Source: Nageia nagi (taxonomy: Eukaryota; Plantae; Pinophyta). Taken from it: a stretch of DNA of 64,000 nt. The notes under the pieces were generated by a model that saw nothing but the letters and a program-made list of their open reading frames with translations, did not search any database and was not told the origin of the DNA. The position numbers were made by a program, and so were the translations under genes. Where the stretch lies: assembly GCA_050084985.1 (NCBI GenBank), contig JBITNC010000001.1, positions 72,664,001 through 72,728,000 on the forward strand, written 5' to 3'. This document shows positions 54,571-64,000 of this stretch, one piece after another (within the stretch, counting starts at the first letter, position 1; the number at the start of each line of letters is the position of its first letter).

Positions 54571-56458
54571 CCTGCAAAAAAGAGAAAAAGTTCAAGTTAG
54601 TCATCATCTTGACCAAAATCGATATTATAAATTTAACAAAAATTTTATTTTCTCAAATTAAAGCATTTTTTATCTAGTCACATCCAAGTTAAAAACTACT
54701 TGGGTGCTAATTGAAAAAACTCTTAAGTTGCTTCAAAGTTATCTTCAACATGCATACGATAATATATTTTTCTTGGTTGCTTTGTGATTGATATCAAGTT
54801 AAGTGTGACTATTCAATTTATCTTAATTAGTTTAGGCCATCTTTTAAGTTTAATGCAATTTCATGATTTTTCTTTATCACTTCGATATTATTATTTAGTT
54901 CATTTTGATTATGTCTTAGATTTGATCATTCTAAATTTTCTTTTAATGTTAACATGAAAATAAAATTTTTAACTAAGTTATGAAATGCATAGTTGGTTTC
55001 AAGTTAAAGCCATTATGAATGTGACCAATGATTCAATTGCAATCACTTTTCCCTTAATTCTTAGTTACATCCAATAAGATGTTTGGCATGGTTAATTAAA
55101 ACTGTAGAAACAAAAGTGATGTGATAATAAAAGTAATGGGTTTGATAAGGCTAAGTTTATATACCTGAATGACTCCTTCAGTCGGTAGGAGATAATAATA
55201 AACACAGCTTCGATAGGGAGGTAGGATTTGGTCAAACCTATAGAATAAGTAACCTTAGTGCAATAAGGGGAAAAGACTTGATCACATACAATAATCTCTT
55301 AATCTTAGCTCAAAAATAAGAGAATTTCAATCATAGCTACCTTGCTTGCTAGAACCCCTTTCGAAAATTAGAAAAATTTAGTTGCTCTCACTAGACCAAG
55401 AAACTCAATACGACCAAAGAACCCTTGAAATAAATATGTATAAATGAATAGGATGGGGGTATTTATAGATGATAACCTCGATCTAGGATACGTATCATAA
55501 ATCAAAGTTGTGTTTCCCTAAATTTGGTGGTGGGATCTCATGTGAGTGGATGGTAGTATTTGGATCAGATTAAATTCCTAGGCAGTGTGACTAGGAAGTA
55601 ACCTAAGTCACATGAGGTTGATAAGATATCTTATGTGACCAAGAGAAAAACCTAATTCATTTACTCTTAACATCTAAAACTAATGCGACTAGGTGGAACT
55701 TGTTAGTTGAGAGGAGGTGGAGTTTCAATTCGATGTGATAAACAAAATATTCTAAATCAAAATGAGTTGGAAATCTATATGTTGTAGCTATGAAGTAAAC
55801 CCTTGGTCGCTTTGAATTACCTTTATACCTCAATGTGATAACTAGAGGAAAAAAGATAGTCAAAATTCATAAAATTTCAGTCCAATCTTGAAAATGAAGA
55901 ATGCTTTCAAATTTTTAGACTTGATAAGAAATGACTTCCATCTTGCAGTGTAAATAATGATCATTAAGTTTTGAAAATGGAATTTTAAAACTTTTCATTC
56001 AATAGTTGAGTGGTACCGAGTTCCATCTCATGTTGAGGGTAAGCACTAACAATCAAATTAGGGAATGATATTTAATGATTTGTAAAAGTTGACTTCCATG
56101 TTAATGTCTCAAACATGCATTTGTCTTCAAGATGAGAGATGTTACCTAACAATTCAAACTCCTTTTGTGATGCAAGAGATGTGATCATGTAAATTCATTA
56201 TTTTTTGGATTTTTGAATTATACAATTTTTTATGTATTTTTTATTTTTAATAAAAACTAGAATTTTTTTCCAAGATACCTAATTTGACGAAAAAGTAAAA
56301 ATTTTATTGTCAAAAAATTGGGTGATAATAATATATTCTAAATTATTTACCAAAACATTTTATGTTCTCAAAAAACCTCTAATTCAAAAAATATGTGATC
56401 AAAATATCCTATATTACATCAAATAAATGAATACATTGATAAGGTTGTGTAAGCTAAC

Positions 56459-56651
56459 CATGCAAATGATCCTCTAAAGAACCCAACGATATGTACTCAT
56501 AGACAAGAAGCCTTTGATCATCATCAGCACAATAACCAATCAAGTTCACAATAATAGAATGATGGATAAGGTACTTAAGCATTAGAACTTCCACAAGAAA
56601 TTCCCTATTTCCTTGAATTCCATTTCTATCAAGTTTTTTAACAACTACAAT
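56459..56651 (-). pseudogene. Orphan exon of a PBS1-like RLCK-VII receptor-like cytoplasmic kinase (subdomains II-V)
   Basis: [25 protein letters not shown]...[28 protein letters not shown]; phase-1 GT donor after HLH-G; acceptor position reads TTG. Confidence 0.85.
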
Positions 56652-57362
56652 CAAGGGTATTTCAAAATCAGAAATTTAGTTTCTTAAATTATAAATGAAA
56701 ATAAGTAAAGGTCAGGCATAACCCATTCACATATATATGACTAAAAAATAGGATACAAAACTAAAGATTTTATAATTAATACAACACAAAATTCTCTTTT
56801 AATTATCAAGTTACCTGTTGTCCCAAATATCATGGCACTAATATTAACTAAATTTTTGGATGTAAATCAATGCAATAGGTACAATAGTTACTAAATCACA
56901 TGTGAAAATTATATATTTTACCTAATCAATTCTCCCTAAATCACCCTTATAAACCCATCCAAATCTTCCTTCACTAAGGAGACAATTATGTCTAAAGTTT
57001 TTAATGGCTATTATTGTTAGATACCAGATTTTACCCCTCTTTTAAATTTTATTAATGGATGATTAATTTAAGGAAAATCATCTCAGGTTGGGACATAAAA
57101 CATGTTTTGATGTTGAAGAAGTCTATGAGCTTCATCCCTATCCTTTTCCATGTGTAGCCATCACACACTTTCAATCCACAACAATGAAAGATAGTTGGAG
57201 AGTGTGTTTGTTGTCACCAAGGTTCAAATTAGTGGAACTTAACTGATGGCTATCTGGGAGGAGATTCAATTTTTGAATAGATGACAACAAGTAGTAAAAG
57301 AAAAACTTTGTAACCTTTTGAGGAATTCTACTAGCATGCACCACCGTGATGAGTGGGGGGGA

Positions 57363-58249
57363 TGTTGTTGATGGTTTTTGTTAAAAAAAAGATAGGAACC
57401 ATTGGGACGAGGAGAGGATAGAATTCAAATTCTATATCCTCCACTAGCATTCAATCCACATGTGATGCACCCAAAAGGGTGGCCAACTCTCGGTAAAGGA
57501 GGGATGAGGACCAAGGCTGTAACACCAATGCTAAAGGGGGAGTTTACCCGCTGTGATGATGATGGGGTTGATATGCTATACTTGTAAGAAGAAAAATGTT
57601 AGTGGGGGCCTCAACACTCTAGTCCCTTAAGGCCCTAGAATGCACTCAAAGAGAGGTGTTAAATCTCCTTGATGGAATGTAGACCCCCTTATCCCATAAT
57701 CAAATAGATGATAGAAAATAAGGGGATTCCTACAATGTAATGTGATATGCTCATGCTATGCTAAGATAATAAATTAAGCTAAACTACCATGAATTTATCC
57801 TAGAAAAATGCTACATGATCACACTAATACAATAGATAAGGGTTACATATGAGCCTTCATTTCTCCAAGATAGCTCCATATGCTCTCCAACACCTGTAAG
57901 AATGTTGTAAATCATATTAAAGGGTGTGCTAGGGTATGCTATGGCTTGTGGATGTGCTCTAGGTTTGGCTAGACAAGATGGTTCGATTGGTAACGACTAA
58001 GGCGAGAAGATGGTTTGATGGCTTAAATGATAATGATCAGGGGGCAAGGGAAAATAGGTTTCAAAATTGGCTTTATAGGTTGGATGTTGGATCGATGGGC
58101 CATTTGACTAGTTGGTAGGCAAGTTAGGCAACCTATGGGCCGATCTTAAACTCAACTCATAAAGTCAATAAAGGCTATGACGGATGACGAGACAAACTGA
58201 TAAGACATAAGGTGATCGGGGACAAAAGAGAAATTTTGATGTGCTTACA
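57363..58249. mobile_element. LTR-like sequence ~1.1 kb upstream of the GH127 start
   Basis: TG...CA ends, preceded by purine tract gagtggggggga; no TSD found. Confidence 0.45.
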
Positions 58250-58950
58250 CAATTGATCTATGGAACTACTGTAGTAAACCATTACATAGCATGTATATCT
58301 CATAGTGGGAATTGAACATGGGATACAAGACGTAGCAAGGTCAACATATGAACAACTCAACCAACAACTGAAATAACGTAGATAACCTATCTTTATCGAT
58401 CAAAAGGAGTTAACATCAAAAGAATATTATTATTACATTTTTATTAATGAAAATAAAAAAAAACTATAGATTTTTTAATTGTGCATTGAGAATTGTTGAG
58501 ACCTAATGATCTAATCATATAAAATTTACAAAAATGAACCAATTAAAAAGCATACTTGTATGGAATAACTTACACTTTAAAATGCATAAGAATGACTAAA
58601 AAAAAACTCGAGAATAAATAGTAAAACCCAAATATGAAATAAATACTTATCCAAAACATAACACACATATAATATAATATAATATAATGAAAAAGAAGAA
58701 TATATTCGAGCCTATGAAAAAGTCCAACAAGGACAGGCTTACGTATCTGATCAAGACAAGAATAAAAAGCCTTGCAAGCTATCAGTAATAAGGTAAACAA
58801 AACTTGTAAATATAGAATTTCATCTAACAAATTGATGGATACTACCGACGATCTACAGATCCTACCTCATCGCAAACATCAGAATCTATAATCATAAAGC
58901 CATTAATCAATCGCTACCACATCAAATTCGAATAATCTTGTCCTATCCTA

Positions 58951-59284
58951 ACGTGTCTTCTCTATCTTCCCACAGGCAATCCAAATGGTATATGAACATC
59001 CTTGTTTCGAAATAGGCTGGATTCCGTGGTTCCAGACGTGTGATCTCAACGGTTAACTAAAATCTGCAAAAAAAGGAATGTCCCACCATTTGCGTGTCTT
59101 AAAGCATAGTTTTCTTCGCCCTCAATCATCCATCTCCAATTTCCATGGCCTACGCAGATTCGTATTGGCCCTTTCATACATATCTTTCCTTCTAACTAAT
59201 CCTATCGAAAATGAGGGGCCATGGATAGATCATTCACAACCAATTACTAGATATTCTATCAGTATCCTACACTGCCCTATAAAT
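58951..59284 (+). promoter_or_regulatory. GH127 proximal promoter: ABRE-like motifs, CCAAT, TATA box
   Basis: ACGTGTC 58951, ACGTGT 59036, GCGTGTC 59092, CCAAT 59240, TATAAAT 59278-59284 (~55 bp upstream of the ATG). Confidence 0.6.
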
Positions 59285-59338
59285 GTTTGTCACAGGAGTC
59301 CAAAGCAATTTGAAGTTTGAACCACTAGTGTAAGAAAA

Positions 59339-59834
59339 ATGGCGGGTCTAAAAGTCGTGATTGTTGTGGGTTTTTTATTGTTGTTCATGAAGTGCATAAT
59401 GTGCAAAGAATGCACTAACATTCCTTCGCAAGATAACTCCCACACATTTAGATATGCTCATGGTAAAGGTGAAAAGGGGGGAATTCCTCATCTCATTCCA
59501 AGTGATGAAAAGTATTGGGCTAGTCTTTTCCCAGGAAAATCTAATGTGGTAAAAGCCCAAGAAGAACCGAAATGGGCTATGTTGTATAGGAACATGAAAG
59601 ATAATAAAGTAGGAGGGGAAACGAACTTTTTACAAGAAGTGCCTCTGCAGAATGTTCGGTTGGACCCAGATTCTCACCATGGGATGGCCCAGAAGACGAA
59701 TTTGGAGTATCTGTTGATGTTGGATGTTGATAATTTGGTTTGGAGTTTTAGAAAGACGGCGGGATTGGCTACTCCTGGGAAGCCTTATGGAGGATGGGAA
59801 GCTCCTGACGTCGAACTTCGAGGACATTTTGTAG
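59339..59834 (+). CDS. GH127-like exon 1 (signal peptide)
   Basis: MAGLKVVIVVGFLLLF...AQKTNLEYLLMLDVD...YGGWE...ELRGHFV-G|gtcagt. Confidence 0.93.
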
Positions 59835-61299
59835 GTCAGTGAAAGAACAAAATTTCTTCCCTTATCATAGTCTTTGTTATTTTGTATTTGGATACGTTGA
59901 GCCAGGTTTGTTCGCCCAAAATCAATTGGCTTAAATAATTTTTTTTAGTGCGAGCTACTGAGAAAAATTAATGTCATGAATGATTCAAGTACAAGGCTGC
60001 TTTAAAGTAGATTCATGTAAATTGAATATCCCTTTATGAGTTTCAATGAAGTAAAGCTAGTATGCAAATCCAGCATCTGTAGAAGAATGGAAAGTGCATT
60101 CTTGTTGGTTCCAGATTTGTCTTTACTGTTAGCAAATATTAACATCTAAGCTTAGTTTGAAGGCATATAGAATCGTATGATGAAAACATTATATGGTATC
60201 TGCCAGCAAAATATAAGCAATTGAGATAATGTATTGTGGACATTAAGCCAACTTTGTGTTCGAAATGTAAATTTAGTTAAGAATTTAGTCTGGCATGCTT
60301 GTGATTGTTTCTTATCACCGACCCCATTTTGATGTAAATTATTTCTTCCAGTAAATTTTCTAATACTTGGTCCACCAAAGAGCTATCATACCTCAACTAA
60401 CTCAATGAATAGGACTCTGGAGGACAAACAAGAATCCAGTTCCTCGTGAATAAAGTTGTGGTGCGTCTGAACTCTTAAGATTATCACGGACTGGATAGAT
60501 AACATTTTTTTGTTCTTGTATGGATAGTTTGTAAGATACTATTCCCAATGTATTTTCAGCATGTAGAGTCATCAACATTCTTGGAAATCTGTCAACCAAA
60601 AAATTCAGAACTGGGTATGATATTTATGCAATTTAGTTGCTCCATAGCACACTAAACGCCTCCATATGTTGCTATATATGGTCCAAAATGTATAGGTTAA
60701 GGCAACAATTGCTCCTCAGAAACAATGTTTAGGGGAAAAAAAATGTTTTTAAAAAAATGAGCTTCTGGTTTTCAAATTTTCCCATAAATATATTCTTTTC
60801 AGGAATGTGGTACAACTGTCTGCCAAAACCCATGGATTTGCTATGAGTCAAGATTCAACCTCCTCCAGGTTGGTACCTGGTACATGGACAGCCTACCTTT
60901 GTACAGCCTTTTATGATCACATCATAGCATGAGTTTAGAACAAAAGTGTCACGGGATTCTGTATCATTGCATCTGTTCCTCAACCTTTAGCGTCACGGGT
61001 TAGAGCAAATTTTAATCTATGACGTGTTTCTCAAACATACATTGGGCGGCGTGTCCTGTTTCGAAAAAATTGGACTCTTCCTCTATGTCGGTTATCAGGG
61101 TTGAAAGTATTGCAGGTTTGTTGAACTCATTTGATGTCAAGCTTGGCTTTGTTTTTACATATTTTAAAATGTTTTTCATTCTTGTTCTTAACAAGGGTGT
61201 TTAAATTTCATTTACGTATTCTAGGGGATATGATTTTTATTATTAAAACTATTCAATTAGGGTGTTTAAATTTCATTTACTTATTTTAGGGGATATAAT

Positions 61300-61420
61300 A
61301 ATTTTTTTTTATTTGGGATAGAATTCTATATATCATGTATGTGAGAAGAAATGATTTGAACCTAGAGTCTTTCTTTTTCTACTAGAAAATTTTAACAACT
61401 CACACTCTCACCAACTCTCT
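61300..61420 (-). mobile_element. Short SINE copy in GH127 intron 1
   Basis: Minus strand GGTTCAAATC...ctcacatacatgatat...A-tail; similar to 63316-63530. Confidence 0.45.
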
Positions 61421-61915
61421 TCATAACTACTAGTTATTTGTGAAGATCTTTATTCTAAAAACTACCTACTTTATCAATCTAAATTAATTAACAAACTTAA
61501 ACTATATTTTTTATATTAAACATACATTTAATCAAAATTCCAATACCCTATATTAAAATATAATGCTGCCACTTATTACATATAAAATCAATTTGTTGTT
61601 GAATCTCAAAATATGTTGTATGTTGAAGGAAATAAAACGTTGTACAACCTATCTGAAAATAGACTTATGAATAACCTTTAATATATTAATTAAACTTTAT
61701 TCGCATCTATTCCCTAAGACCCCAGAGTTTATGGCTTAAACACCCCCCAAAACGATCGTTTTGATCATATATGGCAACGTCTTTGTATGTTCCTGTTTAA
61801 TTTTAATTTGTAGATAGGAGCTCATGTAAATTATAAGCTACTCTATGTGGGTTTCTGTAATGAGTCGGAGGCTTCTTGAAGTTAAATGTTAAGACATAAA
61901 ACATATGGGTTGCAG

Positions 61916-62118
61916 GGCATTACATGAGTGGAACGGCATTAATGTGGGCAAGTACCAATAATGAGGCCCTCTACAAAAAGATGTCCGCTGTGGTGTCTGC
62001 TCTTGATGAATGCCAGAAAGCCATGGGAACAGGCTATCTCTCAGCTTTTCCTGATGAGTTCTTTGATCGTTTTGAAGCCATAAAACCTGTTTGGGCCCCA
62101 TACTATACCATACACAAG
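61916..62118 (+). CDS. GH127-like exon 2
   Basis: tgcag|GG-HYMSGTALMWAST...GYLSAFP...WAPYYTIHK|gtaagt. Confidence 0.93.
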
Positions 62119-62216
62119 GTAAGTTTTTACTAACATCTGTCCATGAAAGCAGCGTATTGAAACTGGGTAAGAGGTCTTAAGATTAAATTCATTGTGCCCT
62201 TTTGTGTCTTCTGCAG

Positions 62217-62414
62217 ATTATGGCAGGATTAATGGATCAGTATCAATTCGCTGGAAATAATCAAGCCCTTAACATGACAGTCATGATGGCTAATTACTTT
62301 TACAACCGTGTTCAAAATGTCATCAAAAAGTGGACGATAGAAAGGCATTGGCAATCCCTTAACGAAGAGACTGGTGGCATGAATGATGTCCTCTACCGCC
62401 TCTACAAGATATCA
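62217..62414 (+). CDS. GH127-like exon 3
   Basis: tgcag|IMAGLMDQY...LNEETGGMNDVLYRLYKIS|gtatgt. Confidence 0.93.
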
Positions 62415-62510
62415 GTATGTTTTGCTAAACCTGTAAATATGTACTGAGATCTCCATTTGATATGGATGAATTTTATAATTCATTTGAATGAATAATGAAC
62501 TTTGATGTAG

Positions 62511-62582
62511 ATGGACCCCAAACATTTGGAACTTGCACATCTTTTCGATAAACCATGCTTTTTGGGATTATTAGCTATGCAG
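62511..62582 (+). CDS. GH127-like exon 4
   Basis: tgtag|MDPKHLELAHLFDKPCFLGLLAMQ|gtact. Confidence 0.9.
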
Positions 62583-62809
62583 GTACTTTCTGCAATATCA
62601 TTCAATATTGTATTATTTTATATGTAATATTTCTATATATTTTGATTTAATTCTGGTATTATTGATTGTTTTTGAAATTTAAAATTTGATTTGGGTACCT
62701 CGTTCAAATGTTTTAACCCGAAAAGATTACTTTTTATTTTTATGAATCAAGATTTTTTTTAACATATATTAAAACTATTACTAAATATTGTAATTATAAT
62801 TCATTGTAG

Positions 62810-62904
62810 GCTGATTCTATCAGTGGATTCCATGCCAACACACATGTTCCTGTGGTTATAGGATCACAAATGCGATAGAAATCACAGGGGAGAAACTTTA
62901 CAAG
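62810..62904 (+). CDS. GH127-like exon 5 (95 nt, 1-bp deletion)
   Basis: tgtag|ADSISGFHANTHVPVVIGSQMR*; EITGEKYLK-type tail (EITGEKLYK) in a shifted frame before |gtaagc. Confidence 0.88.
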
Positions 62905-63315
62905 GTAAGCAAACATTTGAGACGTTGAAGCAGTTTTTTAATCTAATTAGTCTTGAAGGGGAGATAGCTAAATTCATATAACATGTGAGTGTACTACATG
63001 TGTATTAAAGTTACATCATTTTTTATTATTATATTGAATATTTATATATAATTATGGCAAATAATTGTATAATGGTAATTTTATGTTGTATGTTTATACT
63101 AATACTTTTTATATAATTTATTTTTTTTAAATTTTATCAAACACCATAATTTTCATTATTATCTAATATTTTGGTGTAGTAATATTTCATACTAATAATT
63201 TCATAATATACATATATTAAATGATAATCTTTACTTAAATATAATTAAAAAAATATTTTAAGAATGTAATAAAATAATAGGATGTAATAGTATAGTTTAA
63301 CATATTTTTTAAATA

Positions 63316-63530
63316 TTTTTTGGTTGTTTAAAATCTTTGGGCTTTGAGTGAGGGGCATTCATTTTGTGAGGCAAATCCACGAACATCAAAATTCACATTC
63401 ACCTGCACATTGTCTTATTTGCATCTACCATAACTCAATAGGATTTTAGATACCACGCATGTGAGGGGGAGAGATTTGAACATGAAACCTCCCTTTTGAA
63501 AGTTTAAATATTGTTAACATTGTACTTTAT
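63316..63530 (-). mobile_element. tRNA-derived SINE in GH127 intron 5
   Basis: Minus strand gggaggtttcatGTTCAAATCtctccccctcacatg, A-rich tail; homologous to 5590-5812. Confidence 0.6.
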
Positions 63531-63766
63531 TTTGAATAATGAGATCAATTATTATTTGATGAATATTTATTTGACTCTATTTCTATTTTAATATTTTATT
63601 ATTTTACTTATGATTTTAAATTATCAATCTTTTTATAAATAAGATTATATATAATCAAAATAAACACCATAATATCATTTCTATCTTTTAGATTTCATAT
63701 AAATTGGAATAAGCATTTGAATTTAGTTTATAGAATATCTAACATTATTGAATTTTATTTTCGTAG

Positions 63767-63846
63767 GATATAGGTACCTTTTTTATGGAGATTGTTAATT
63801 CATCACATGCATATGCAACGGGAGGAACTTCTGTGAGCGAGTTTTG
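63767..63846 (+). CDS. GH127-like exon 6
   Basis: cgtag|DIGTFFMEIVNSSHAYATGGTSVSEF-TG|gtaaaa. Confidence 0.9.
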
Positions 63847-64000
63847 GTAAAATGAATCATATTGATTTTGTTTAGTATTTATTTTAAAAGTACAATATGT
63901 TTAATATTTAATAATTTTTATTAATGTTATTGTTAATGATAAAAAAATATTATGCACAAAAATCTTTATCAAATTTAATAATTTAATAAAATAATTTTTT

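Larger units (their letters stand above)
59339..63846 (+). pseudogene. Plant GH127/DUF1680 beta-L-arabinofuranosidase-like gene, exons 1-6 (continues beyond window); frameshift and stop in exon 5 as given
   Basis: Exons 59339-59834, 61916-62118, 62217-62414, 62511-62582, 62810-62904, 63767-63846, all GT-AG; signal peptide then KECTN; motifs ELRGHFVGHY, WAPYYTIHK, NEETGGMND, FHANTH, YATGGTS. Confidence 0.85.

Noticed and set aside
55103-56330. Possible solo LTR
   Set aside because: TG start seen, but the end is decayed and there is no TSD.
56810-56850. Minus-strand CAG|GTAAC donor as the upstream kinase exon
   Set aside because: The preceding sequence lacks GxGxxG/VYKG kinase motifs.
59078-59827. 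ORFs 59078-59320, 59375-59560 and 59630-59827
   Set aside because: Promoter or antisense shadows of GH127 exon 1.

Overview
This is an AT-rich land-plant nuclear window, most likely from a gymnosperm. That call is an inference from the Tat-type PR-aRH-RT domain order, the repeat types and the heavy CpG/CHG decay. About 58 kb is old, nested, C>T/G>A-eroded transposable-element debris: L1-type LINEs, a structurally complete chromoviral Ty3/Gypsy (14336-20343, GGTTG TSD), Tat, Gypsy and Copia remnants, three hAT-type non-autonomous elements and a tRNA-derived SINE family. The last ~5 kb holds exons 1-6 of a secreted GH127/DUF1680 (beta-L-arabinofuranosidase-like) gene, with a 1-bp deletion and stop in exon 5, and an orphan PBS1/RLCK-VII kinase exon lies at ~56.5 kb. 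The main finding is that two diverged RNase-H-bearing L1 LINEs each carry a homologous third ORF downstream of ORF2. It only becomes readable after excising nested insertions at their TSDs, and each copy has a splice-acceptor-like site just upstream of its ATG. All translations and alignments were done by eye; no database searches were run.
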